Positions 39,239 to 49,273 of a stretch of DNA of 64,000 nt are shown piece by piece (position 1 is the first letter of the stretch; each line of letters starts with the position of its first letter). A program made the translations under genes and the position numbers. This stretch comes from an uncultured Verrucomicrobiae bacterium. Its GTDB lineage: Bacteria; Verrucomicrobiota; Verrucomicrobiia; Limisphaerales; Palsa-1400. The stretch spans positions 832,001-896,000 of the forward strand of contig CAVPOM010000004.1 of assembly GCA_963707025.1 (NCBI GenBank), given 5' to 3'. The notes beneath the pieces were generated by a model. The model had not been told where the DNA came from. It worked only from the letters and a program-made list of their open reading frames with translations, and did not search any database.

Positions 39239-40727
39239 ATGCGAACGAACGGGGCCAAAAAGAAACAAATTCCTGTCACTAAAATCCCTGATGCCAGGTT
39301 TTCCGATGTCTTTTTCGGACTGCTTCTGCTGTGTTTCGGGATGGACGCCGCGGTTTTTGGCCAAACCAGCACCCTGACCCTCAGCGCCGCCGCCGGGGCG
39401 CGGCAATCATTAATCGGCATGGGCGCGACAGAAGGGGTGCCGCGCAATTATGCAAGGCTGCCCTTGGACAGCCGTCTGGACATGGCGCGGATGATTTGGG
39501 GCCATGATGGCCTCGGTTTCCGGGTCTGCAAACTGTGGGGCGACCCGCGCTGGGCCCCCAACGCAGCCCAAATGCTCTCCAGCTACAAAAGGTTCTACGA
39601 TGACATCAACTCGGTCCAGACGAATATGATTTGGCTGTATGGCGCCGTAGGAAATGCCGCCAGCCAAGGCCTTGCCAACTATGCGGCCCATCATGCGCAG
39701 ATGGTCGCCGACTGCAAGGAGGGCGGCATGGTTTTTCAGTATGTGGGGACATGCAATGAACCCAATGACCACACTCTGTATGCTCCCAGCCAGGCGGCGG
39801 AGGTCGTCAAGGATTTTCGCGCGGAACTGGACAAAAGGGGGCTTCAGAATGTAAAAGTCACTCTCTCCGGAATGTGCCAGTGTTGATGCCATGGGCATGA
39901 GCTACATTCAGAATATCAAGGACGATCCTGCCGCGCTGGCCGGCCTGACCGCCTTTGCCAGCCATTCGGCCAATATGTGTTTTACCCCGGCCTACTACAA
40001 CCTGTGCCATGTTCCGGGCAAGGAATCCTGGATGACGGAAGGGGATGCCAACGGTCCCGAGGGGACTAACGATGCGGGTCTTGCGGCAAGTTTTACCGCA
40101 AAGGCATGCAATGATTTTAATTTCGGCTGCCAGGCATGGTTGCATTTCTTGGCCTATCTCGAATACGACCCCCGCGACAACGCCACGCGCATCATGGGCT
40201 ATGACCAAAACACGGGCGAACACCAACCGTTTCTCAAGTATTACTATTACAAGCAGTTGCGGCTGGCCTTCAAGGACGGCTGTGTGTTTCGTTCGTCCAC
40301 CAGCAGTGATACCCGTGAGGACCGCTATAGAACGATGTGCCTGACCTATGGCGACAAGCCGGCGATTGTCGGGGCCGCCGCGCGCAATGCGGACGGCTCC
40401 TGGGGCCTGAGCGTCGTCAATCTGACCGGTGAGCCGGCCCGCCGGGGGGACAGTCGCGGCTCCGCCAACTATCAGCCGGCCGCAACTTATGACATCACCT
40501 ATCAGGTCGCGGAATTGGAGAAGGCAGGCACGGTCAGCTTCACCTTGTACCGTTCCAGCTCCACAGTGCGGGTGGCCAACCAGGGGGCGGTTTCCATGAC
40601 TGGCGGCAAGGTCGCCTTCACCATCGCGCCCCTGGAACTGGTCACGCTGGTGAGCGCCCCAGCCGGGCCAAGCACTTCCCAGCGCAGCGGCATTGCCCCA
40701 GTAAAGGGGTCAAGGCCGGAATTCTGA
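39239..40727 (+). CDS. Clan GH-A glycoside hydrolase (GH30-like), split by one frameshift near 39860
   Basis: Acid/base motif CNEP in ORF 39080..39886. Nucleophile motif WMTE and a beta-sandwich tail (AARNADGSWGLSVVN) in ORF 39891..40727. The shift falls in a CT dinucleotide run. Confidence 0.7.
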
Positions 40728-40845
40728 GCTATAACCATAATCAAGTCGCGGCGGTTTTACGTTCGCTACAATGTGCAACCCATATTCAGCTTTCCGGGCT
40801 TGACCCCTTCACCCCTTCATGACCCCTTCACGGTCTTCGGGCGGC

Positions 40846-41691
40846 CTACGGCGCTTGCGGGTCCCTGGCGGTGATGCGCAGGATCGGGTTGCCGTTTATC
40901 CGGGTCGCTTGCCATCCAAATTCATCCAACAACGACTGCATGGCCTGGCGCGGTGTGATATTTTTCATTTTTTCGCTCACCCGCGGGGACAGAATGGGAT
41001 GGTGATTGGTGTCCTGTGGATTGGCCAGACGAGGGTCAATTTGGATGTTCAGCCGCGACAGAAGGGCCAACTCCCGAATGGCATCCGGCAAGGGAAGGTC
41101 GTCAAAGGTCATCGCCTCGACCACTTCGTCTCGTGCGGTCGCGTTGGCCGCCACCGCGGCCGGAGCGCCTGCGGCAAGCGACTTGTCCAAAACATTAACT
41201 TTTGTCAGCGGCGGACCAACCGCGTTGGGGTCCTTGGCGTGGATGCGGATAATCGGATTGTTCGAATCGCGTTCCATCTGCCAGCCATAATTGTCCAACA
41301 ACGCCTGCAAGGCCTGATTGGGAGTCACCGCCCTCCATCTTTCCTTCACCTTGGGTGGTGGCATGGGATTTCCATTGGCGGCCTTTTGGTTGAGAAGCGC
41401 GGGGTCAACTTGCACGAGGAGACGCGCGTGTTTTGCCAGCTCGCCAAGCGCGTCCGGCAGGGAAAGGTCATCGAGGACGAGAATTTCCGCCACCTTGTCG
41501 CCCGGCGTGGTGTTCATCTCCATCCCAACCGGTTTGCCGGCGGCTGCGGCGACAGCCTGTGCTGCTATGGCCTCCGGATTGGCCGCATTGGTGTCGCTGC
41601 CCGCGCTGGAGTGCCCGGGCAGGATGAGAAAAAGCGCGGTCGCCAGAACCGTTGCCGTGGCCGCCCCAAAAGTCTTCGGTTGCGTTCTCAT
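40846..41691 (-). CDS. Exported protein with two tandem STN/secretin-N0-like domains
   Basis: Signal peptide, then two ~90-aa repeats: DDLSLPDALGELA...QALQALLDNYGW...RIHAKDP and DDLPLPDAIRELA...QAMQSLLDEFGW...RITARDP. Confidence 0.65.
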   Translation of the reverse strand: MRTQPKTFGAATATVLATALFLILPGHSSAGSDTNAANPEAIAAQAVAAAAGKPVGMEMNTTPGDKVAEILVLDDLSLPDALGELAKHARLLVQVDPALLNQKAANGNPMPPPKVKERWRAVTPNQALQALLDNYGWQMERDSNNPIIRIHAKDPNAVGPPLTKVNVLDKSLAAGAPAAVAANATARDEVVEAMTFDDLPLPDAIRELALLSRLNIQIDPRLANPQDTNHHPILSPRVSEKMKNITPRQAMQSLLDEFGWQATRINGNPILRITARDPQAP

Positions 41692-42097
41692 AATTTGGCT
41701 CTTTCACTGGTCATTCTTTCCCGCCCTGACGAATCTTTAAAACACACGTGGTTCCCGCCCCCTGGCAAGCCCACCGCGCCTCCTGATTCCTCCCACCCTT
41801 CTTCGGGTGAGGGACAGCCGTTTGTTTGCCACATAAACTCCTTAATTGCAGATGCATGTTTTAAATCCGTTCTGCCGCCAACATGTTAGACTACCGCCCA
41901 GTCAAACTATTCGATTTGACATTCCCCATTTTGATTCTTGCCCACGACCAGCGTGCCTCTCAGGCAGCCAATGGGAGAATCCGGCACAGGCATGGCCGCC
42001 CGATTTGAAGGATTCTGTCTGTGTCCCGGTTCGATGTTTTAGCTGGACATTGAGTGATGCAACGGCTAAAAGGACAGGGACAGAAAGGTGCTGAAAT

Positions 42098-43146
42098 ATG
42101 ACAAGCGACTGTTTGACTTCGCGGAGAGATTTCCTGAAAACTTCAGTGCTCGGCGGCGCGGCGGCGCTGGCGGCCTGGCGTCTCCGCCCGGCGTGGGCTG
42201 CCCAAGCCGCGCCCGCGGCCGCGGGCAAATTCAGCAGCCGTGTCGCGCTGACCGCCGGCAACGATCGCGCCAACCTGGCCTTCCAGGCGCTGGAGCCGTT
42301 CCGAAAAGAAATCGCGGCGGCCATTGGCAACAAGCGCGTCATCCTCAAGCCCAACAACGTCGAAATCAACCACCCGCTCTGCGCCACCCACGCCGACAAT
42401 TTGGAGGGCATCCTGGAATTCCTGAAGTCCATCGGCAAGAGCAACGTGATCATCGCCGAGTCGCCCGCCAGCGGTTCGGCCCTGGATGGATTTGCCAACT
42501 ATGGCTACAACAAATTCGTCGGCCAATACGGCATCAAGCTGGTCAACCTGGACACGGAGGGTTTCGAGGTGGTGCATTGCATTGACCAGAAAGATTTTCG
42601 GCCGCATCCCTGCCGCGTGTCCAAGCTGTTGCTGGATCCGGATAACTTCATCATTTCCGCCGCCAAGCTCAAAACGCATGACCGGGTTGGCGTCACCCTC
42701 TCGCTGAAAAACATCGTCGTCGGCTCGGGGATCAAAGACTCGGCGCCGGCGGAGGCAAGTCCGACAAACCCCTGATGCATGGCGGCGGAATCCACGGCAT
42801 CAATTACAATCTGTTCACCCTCTCGACGAAACTGCACCCGCACCTGGCGGTGATTGATGGCTACGAAGGCATGGAAGGCAGCGGCCCGGTCCATGGCACG
42901 CCGGTGGACCAAAAAGTGTGCGTGGCCAGCCTGGATTGGCTGGCCGCCGACCGGGTTGGGGCGGAACTGATGGGAGTGGACGCGAGCAAGATCGGCTACT
43001 TGACCTACTGCGCCCAGGCAGGCGACCGGGGAGAAGGGGATTTGAGCAGGATTGAGATCGTGGGCCCGCCGATCAAGGACCACGCCAAATCCTATCAACT
43101 GCCGGGCAACTGGGAGCAGATGACAAGCTGGCAGAAGCCGATGTGA
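42098..43146 (+). CDS. Tat-exported DUF362 family protein, split by one frameshift near 42740
   Basis: SRRDFLK Tat motif; VILKPN, KLKTH...TLSLKN, then VIDG..GMEG.GP and AADRVGAELMG in the second fragment. Confidence 0.8.
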
Positions 43147-43182
43147 CCGGCTGACCCGCATTTTGGACCTTGCGGTTGGAAA

Positions 43183-44262
43183 TCAACTTAAGCGCACGGG
43201 CACGCGGCGGGAGCCCCAGCGGCCGGCGATTTCGAAGCCGCACTGCGCGCAGCGATGGTCATTAAGACGCCACTCACCCAGAACAAACCAATCGCGCTCA
43301 ATCAGCCGTTGGCCGCAGCCCGGACACCACGTGCTGCCGCCCTCGCGGTCATGAATGTTGCCGGTGTAAACGTAGCGCAGTCCGTGGGCGCGGGCGATGG
43401 CGCGCGCCCGCGTGAGCGTGGCCGGCGGCGTGGGCGGTTTGTCGAGCATCTTGTAATCAGGATGAAACGCGGTGAAATGCCAGGGCACGTCGGGCCCCAG
43501 ATTGGCGGCAAACCAGGCGGAGGCCTTTTCAATTTCCGCCTCGCTGTCGTTCTCGCCGGGGATGAGCAAGGTGGTCACCTCGAACCAGACGCGGGTCTCG
43601 TGGCGCAAATACTTTAAAGTGTCGAGCACGGGCGCGAGCTGGCCGTAGCATTGGCGGTGATAAAACTCCTCGCTGAATCCTTTCAAATCCACATTCGCCG
43701 CGTCCATGTGCCGGTAGAATTCGGGGCGCGAATCGGCGGTCATATAACCGGCCGTGACCGCCACCGCCGCCAGCCCGGCCGCGCGGCAGGCGTCGGCCAC
43801 GTCCATGGCGTATTCGGCAAAGATGACCGGATCATTGTAGGTGAAGGCGACGGAGCGGCAGCCCAAACGGCGCGCGGCGGCGGCGATGGTTTCTGGCGAG
43901 GCCTCATCGGCCAGCCGGTCAAACTCGCGCGCCTTGCTGATGTCCCAGTTTTGACAGAAGCGGCAACCCAGATTGCAGCCGGCCGTGCCGAAGGAAAGCA
44001 CGCTGGTGCCCGGATGGAAATGGTTCAAGGGCTTTTTCTCGATGGGATCCACGCGGAAACCACTGCTGCGGCCATAGGTGGTCAGGACCATCCGGCCTTC
44101 GACGTTTTGGCGCACAAAGCAGAACCCCCGCTGGCCGGCGGGAAGTTTGCACAGGCGCGGACAGACCTGGCAGACGATGCGCCCGTCGGGCAGCGGTTGC
44201 CACCATCGGGCCGGATAAGGAGCGGTCGCGGCAAGCATGACGTTATCCAATCTGCTCTTCAA
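43183..44262 (-). CDS. amrS: AmmeMemoRadiSam system radical SAM enzyme
   Basis: CQVCPRLC...GFCFVR, DPIEKKPLNHF, GCNLGCRFCQNW, AFTYNDP, YVYTGN, terminal CxxC pairs. Confidence 0.9.
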   Translation of the reverse strand: MKSRLDNVMLAATAPYPARWWQPLPDGRIVCQVCPRLCKLPAGQRGFCFVRQNVEGRMVLTTYGRSSGFRVDPIEKKPLNHFHPGTSVLSFGTAGCNLGCRFCQNWDISKAREFDRLADEASPETIAAAARRLGCRSVAFTYNDPVIFAEYAMDVADACRAAGLAAVAVTAGYMTADSRPEFYRHMDAANVDLKGFSEEFYHRQCYGQLAPVLDTLKYLRHETRVWFEVTTLLIPGENDSEAEIEKASAWFAANLGPDVPWHFTAFHPDYKMLDKPPTPPATLTRARAIARAHGLRYVYTGNIHDREGGSTWCPGCGQRLIERDWFVLGEWRLNDHRCAQCGFEIAGRWGSRRVPVRLS

Positions 44263-45679
44263 AGTGATCCGCTTGAAAGCGCTGCAGCCGCACCGGTTCG
44301 CCCGGCCCGATCCAGGCCTTCTTCCGGGCGAAACCCAACTGCTGGAGGCCGGTCTTGATCTCCGCCAGGCCCGGCAGCAGCAGGCCGCGCCGGCCGTCCT
44401 CAGCGGAGACCACCACGCCGTAGCGCGCGGGATCCAGCTCGTCGGCCGAAGTAACTTTCTCCATCGAGTGCAGCACGCTCACCTCAAACCGCAGGTTGGG
44501 CAGTTCCGCGGCTTGCACCGGTGGAAAGCGCGAGTCCTGAAACGCCGCCAGGCGCGCGCTGTGCCAGGTTTCAGCCACCAGGCTGGCGCAGACAGGAAGG
44601 ATCGTCCCGGCGCAACCGCGCAACCGCCCGCTCCGCTCGTGCAGGGTCACAAAAACCGCGCGTTGCGCGCGGAGATATGGACCGGTGGCCGCGGGCGCAA
44701 GCTCGGAACTGCCGCGCACTGCCGCCGTGACGGATTGGCGGGCCAGACCGGGCAGGATAACGCCCTCGCGGTCAGGGGTCTGAACTGGCGCCGGCCGCGT
44801 CCCGGCTGGATTTGATTTTTCCGCCAGGAGGATCGCCACGCCGTAGCCAACGCCGAACGGTCCTTCGTAATGGAGAACCTTGTGGCCCGCGGCCCTCCAA
44901 TCCACCGCCGCCGCCGCGACCAAAGTGGAGTCCACCGCGTCTTCTGCCGCCAATTCCCGCAGTGACGGATCCATGTTCCCAATCTCATGGTAATCGCCTT
45001 CGCGGATGAGACGAATGAAGGTTTCATCGAATTGATGAGCCTGAGGATGAAAACCACACGGCGCGTTTGGCGTCAGACGATGACTCATGTCACCACTGGC
45101 GACGAGGGCAATGCGGCGATGAGAGGCGCGGGCGGCGGCCGCGATGGCTTGGCCCAGCTCACTCAGCCCGCCGTCCTCGGGATAATTCAGACTGAGCACG
45201 ATAGTGGGTCCAGACCAGCCCGCTTCGGCCAGAAACCAAAGCGGCACCAGCGCGCCGTGATCGAGCGTGCCGTGGTCAATCATCCAGGTGGCCAGATCGC
45301 GGCTCCTGGCCTCGGTGACGATGAGCTGGGCCAACGACGTGTCGTTGGGCAGGTTCACCTGCGCGCCAGGAGCGTTAAATTGGGCCAGCGAGCCCCGCAG
45401 ACGTTCCCCGGCCCAGATGCCGAAGGCCCGGGGCTGGCGCGGGGAGTGCGGCGAGATCAACACCAGGGTCTCCGGTCGTAAACTCATCACGCACGCCGCA
45501 GCCTCGCGCATGGCCCGGCAACTCGCCTGCGCCGCGCCGCCTCTTTCGCCCCCGACTTCAGGTACGAGGATGGGCGCGTGCGGCATCAACACGGCGCACA
45601 CCACCGCGGCCGCCGGATTTTCCCGCAACGGCCCCGCTGCCTCCCCGGCGGCCGGCTTGGATAAGATGTTGGTTGTCAT
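44243..45679 (-). CDS. amrA: AmmeMemoRadiSam system protein A: LigB/Memo-like domain fused to an AMMECR1 domain
   Basis: PHAP, SPH, DHG, ASGDMSHRL and YEGPFGVGY, followed by VFVTL...LRGC, DSRFPP and GLLLP. Confidence 0.85.
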   Translation of the reverse strand: MTTNILSKPAAGEAAGPLRENPAAAVVCAVLMPHAPILVPEVGGERGGAAQASCRAMREAAACVMSLRPETLVLISPHSPRQPRAFGIWAGERLRGSLAQFNAPGAQVNLPNDTSLAQLIVTEARSRDLATWMIDHGTLDHGALVPLWFLAEAGWSGPTIVLSLNYPEDGGLSELGQAIAAAARASHRRIALVASGDMSHRLTPNAPCGFHPQAHQFDETFIRLIREGDYHEIGNMDPSLRELAAEDAVDSTLVAAAAVDWRAAGHKVLHYEGPFGVGYGVAILLAEKSNPAGTRPAPVQTPDREGVILPGLARQSVTAAVRGSSELAPAATGPYLRAQRAVFVTLHERSGRLRGCAGTILPVCASLVAETWHSARLAAFQDSRFPPVQAAELPNLRFEVSVLHSMEKVTSADELDPARYGVVVSAEDGRRGLLLPGLAEIKTGLQQLGFARKKAWIGPGEPVRLQRFQADHFEEQIG

Positions 45680-45780
45680 AAAACCCTCCGCATGATTCCG
45701 GCGGGGCGCCTCACTCCGCCTTCCCTGTCAAACCTCCGAAGTCGCTGCCCTTGGCGCCGTGGATTGGAGGTTCGATGCTT

Positions 45781-46341
45781 TCATTTCCTTTGATACGTTC
45801 CCATCAATTGTCCTTCGGCGAGGATGTGGCCATCCATCGCCTTGAGCAGATCCTTTTTCGTGAGGCCGGGCTTCAGACCCGGCTTCAGGTCAAGGGCGTA
45901 CAGTTTGAAGAAGTAGCGGTGCGGCTTGCCGGGCGGTGGAGCTGGCCCGCCGTAGCCGGTGCGCTTGAAATCGTTCACGCCCTGCTTGGCGCCGTTGGCC
46001 AGTTCCGGCGATTTCGGCACGCCTTCGGCCAGTCCGGCGGTGGCCGGCGGCAAGTCGTAAACCACCCAATGCACCCAGGTGCCCGCCGGCGCGTCGGGAT
46101 CGTCGCAAATCAGCGCCAGGCTTTTGCTGGCGGGCGGCACACCCGACCATTGCAAGGCGGGCGAAAGGTCCTGGTCATCGAAGGCGTGCCGCCGGGGAAT
46201 CGGCTGGCCCTCGGCAAAGGCGGTGGTGGTGAGTTGAAGTTTCATGGTGGCTCCGTGGGTTGGGGGATCTTCCGCATGGCCGGCCGTGACGAAACCGGCC
46301 AGCGACGCCGCGGCGAAAAGCACTTTGATTCGCCCGCTCAT
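45781..46341 (-). CDS. YbhB/YbcL family PEBP (Raf kinase inhibitor-like) protein
   Basis: DPDAP..WVHW, GYGGPAPP, HRYFFKLYALD; N-terminal signal peptide. Confidence 0.92.
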   Translation of the reverse strand: MSGRIKVLFAAASLAGFVTAGHAEDPPTHGATMKLQLTTTAFAEGQPIPRRHAFDDQDLSPALQWSGVPPASKSLALICDDPDAPAGTWVHWVVYDLPPATAGLAEGVPKSPELANGAKQGVNDFKRTGYGGPAPPPGKPHRYFFKLYALDLKPGLKPGLTKKDLLKAMDGHILAEGQLMGTYQRK

Positions 46342-46631
46342 AACAGGACTTTACCCCGCCGCGCGCAATTGGAAAGTAAAAATTTCCGCCGCGACAGCCC
46401 GAATAGCGCAGTCTTCCCGGAGGAAATTCAAAAAGGAGATTCTGACCGTCAATGGCAAAACTCGAGCAGTACCACCCATAGGCACCGGCGGAACAGCGCC
46501 GGGCAATCCTTGACGTTTTTGCGGGCCAGCTTCTCTTCCAGCGCCTCCAGCCGATTCCGGGGCAAAGCACAAGTTGCATTTTCAAACCGGGGCCAACAGT
46601 TGCGGCGGAATCCCGGCGAAAAGCCCGGGTT

Positions 46632-47228
46632 TCATTGCAAATTCTCCCGCTTTATTCCCGCCAGAAGCGAGGCCATGCGGCGGCGCGCATAGAACAAGCG
46701 GGACATGACCGTTCCGATGGAGCACTTCATGTGCCGGGCAATTTCCCGATATTCCATTTGCTCAAATTCATGCAGGACCAGCACGGTGCGGTGCTCGTGC
46801 GACAACTGGTCCAGCGCGCGGTTGATCCGCACCCGCAACTCGGCCCGTTCCAGTCCTTCGGTTGGATTGGACAGGACCACCGGCATGTGCCGCTCCACCC
46901 CGCCGGCTTCCTCTGCCATCGCCTCCAACGATTCGGCGCGCTTGCGTTTGAGCTTGCGCAACTGATCCAGGCAGAGGTTGATGACGATGCGGGTCATCCA
47001 GGTGACAAAGCTGGAATCGCCCTGAAACTGGCCCAGCCGCTGCCAACCTTTGACCCAGGCGTCCTGGGAAAGATCCAGCGCCTCATCCTCATTGCGCATC
47101 ATGCTGTAAGCGCGCGCATAAACCTTGTCCCGATGCCGGGCCACCAACTCCTCAAAGGCCTCCATATCGCCTTTTTGCGCCGACCGCACCAAGTCAACGT
47201 CGCTGGAGTTATCCTGCTGGTCCGGCAT
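46632..47228 (-). CDS. ECF (RpoE-like) RNA polymerase sigma factor
   Basis: AFEELV, F.GDSSFVTWMTRIVINLCLD, YREIA...GTVMSRLFYAR. Confidence 0.92.
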   Translation of the reverse strand: MPDQQDNSSDVDLVRSAQKGDMEAFEELVARHRDKVYARAYSMMRNEDEALDLSQDAWVKGWQRLGQFQGDSSFVTWMTRIVINLCLDQLRKLKRKRAESLEAMAEEAGGVERHMPVVLSNPTEGLERAELRVRINRALDQLSHEHRTVLVLHEFEQMEYREIARHMKCSIGTVMSRLFYARRRMASLLAGIKRENLQ

Positions 47229-47266
47229 AGATGGGGCGGTCCCGGCTGGGAATTATGGAGGGAAAC

Positions 47267-47950
47267 TCATAATTTTCCCTTGGTGCTGGGCAGGCGGCCG
47301 GCCAGGCGCGGGTCGCGCTGGCAGGCGGCATCGGCGGCGCGGGCGAAGGCCTTGAACAAGGCCTCGACGATGTGGTGGGGTTCGTCGCCATAAAGCAGCT
47401 CCAGGTGCAGGTTGCAGCGGGCTTCGTTGGCCAAGGCCTGGAAGAATTCGCGCGCCAGGCCGAACCGGAAGGCGGAGGAGGCGTCCTGGGTTTTTTCCTC
47501 CGCGCTGATTTTTTTGTGGGCGTATTTGGTCAGGCCGCGCCAGACCAGATGGGGCCGGCCGCCGAAGTCAATGACGCATCGGGCCAGGCACTCATCCATG
47601 GGGACATAGGCTTCGGCGGTGAAGGGATTGCGCGGGTCGAAACCGGTGCCATAGCGGCGGATGCCCATCTTGCCGCCCAGCGCCTCGCGCAAGGCCTGTC
47701 CCAGCGCCAGTCCGCAGTCTTCCACCGTGTGATGGCCGTCCACCGCCAGATCACCCCGGCAGCGCAAGTCCAAATCCATGGCGGCATGCCTGGCAAAGAG
47801 CGTGAGCATGTGGTCGAAGAACGGAATGCCCGTGGCCACGGAAGCTTTGCCTGCGCCATCGAGGTTGAGGCTCAGGGCGATGCGCGTTTCGCTGGTGGTT
47901 CGCCGCACGGCGGCGCAGCGCGGTCGCAATTTGGTTTTTGCTCTCTTCAT
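47267..47950 (-). CDS. hisB: Imidazoleglycerol-phosphate dehydratase
   Basis: TGIPFFDHML, DGHHTVED, PMDE, HHIVEALFKAFARA, PSTKGKL. Confidence 0.95.
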   Translation of the reverse strand: MKRAKTKLRPRCAAVRRTTSETRIALSLNLDGAGKASVATGIPFFDHMLTLFARHAAMDLDLRCRGDLAVDGHHTVEDCGLALGQALREALGGKMGIRRYGTGFDPRNPFTAEAYVPMDECLARCVIDFGGRPHLVWRGLTKYAHKKISAEEKTQDASSAFRFGLAREFFQALANEARCNLHLELLYGDEPHHIVEALFKAFARAADAACQRDPRLAGRLPSTKGKL

Positions 47951-47959
47951 GTTGCCTTG

Positions 47960-48886
47960 CTAAAGCTTGGCCAGGTAGCGCTCGGCTTCCATGGCAGCGG
48001 CGCAGCCGGAGCCGGCGGCGGTGATGGCTTGGCGATAGAGGTGATCGGCGCAATCGCCCGCCACAAAGACCCCGGCGATGTTGGTGGCGGGGCCGCGCGC
48101 GGGAATGATGTAACCGTTTTCATCCAGATCCAGCGCCCCCTTGAAAAGCCGGGTGTTGGGCACATGCCCGACGGCCACGAAAACGCCGGCGCAAGACAGG
48201 AGCGTTTCGGCGTTGGTCTTGACGTTTTTGAGGCGGACGGCAGTGACTTTGTCCTGTTTGGGGTCGAGGATTTCTGTCACCACCGAATCCCAAACGTTCT
48301 TGATTTTAGGGTTGTCCAAGACGCGGCCGGACATGATTTTGGAGGCGCGCAAGCGGTCACGGCGATGAACCAGATGGATCTGCGGGGTGAAACGGGTCAG
48401 GTAAAGCGCCTCTTCACAGGCGGAATCGCCGCCGCCCACCACGACCAGCGGTTGATTGCGAAACATGGGCCAGGCGCCGTCGCAGGTGGCGCAATAGGTG
48501 ACGCCCTTCTTCTCGAGGACATGTTCGCCAGCCACGCCCAAATGCCGGTGGCTGGCCCCGGTGGCGATGATGACCGTTTTAGTCTCCACTTTCTCGCCGT
48601 CCACGGTGAGGACAAACGGGTTTCGGGCAAGGTCCGCCTCTTCCACCACGCGCAGCACCTGGACGCGGGCGCCGAAGCGCTCGGCCTGCTTTTGCATGCG
48701 CGTCATCAGTTCACAGCCGTCAACCCCTTCGGGAAAACCGGGGTAATTCTCCACGATGCTGGTGGTGGTCAACAAGCCGCCCGGCATGGTGCCGGTGAGG
48801 ACCAGAGGGGACAGATTGGAGCGCGCCGCGTAAATGGCGGCGGTCAAACCGGCGCAGCCGGTGCCGATGATAACTACTTGTTCCAT
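47960..48886 (-). CDS. trxB: Thioredoxin-disulfide reductase
   Basis: IIGTGCAGLTAAIY, VENYPGF, CATCDG, GGGDSA, FVAGD...YRQAITAAGSG; ATG at 48886. Confidence 0.95.
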   Translation of the reverse strand: MEQVVIIGTGCAGLTAAIYAARSNLSPLVLTGTMPGGLLTTTSIVENYPGFPEGVDGCELMTRMQKQAERFGARVQVLRVVEEADLARNPFVLTVDGEKVETKTVIIATGASHRHLGVAGEHVLEKKGVTYCATCDGAWPMFRNQPLVVVGGGDSACEEALYLTRFTPQIHLVHRRDRLRASKIMSGRVLDNPKIKNVWDSVVTEILDPKQDKVTAVRLKNVKTNAETLLSCAGVFVAVGHVPNTRLFKGALDLDENGYIIPARGPATNIAGVFVAGDCADHLYRQAITAAGSGCAAAMEAERYLAKL

Positions 48887-49273
48887 AATGGCAGTTTGCG
48901 AGTTGTCAGCCGTCAATCATGCTGGGAATTGAACAGTGGCACAGTTGGACATGAGTTTTCAACTCGTTTAAATGGCGAAAGTTTCGGCAACGCGCACCAT
49001 GCCCGGAAGCACCCATGATGACTGCAAAAAACAAAATGCGAGGAATCCCCGAATGGGCGCGACATGGAGACATGGTTGCAATGCAGCCACAGGGAAAACG
49101 TCATGAGCCGCCTGGGTGGATGGCCCGCTCGATGGCGAAGGGGCGGGACGCGCAGCGCGGCCAACTCAAACCCGGTGAATTGGCCACAAAAGAGCGGAAA
49201 GAGCGGACGTTCCGCCGCAGGAAATCTGCTGGACTCGCCCGGCGCAAGCCGCAAATATCCATGGCATACTGAG

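Noticed and set aside
47267..47950. Two short insertions in HisB
   Set aside because: All metal-binding motifs are intact, so these are probably lineage-specific surface loops.
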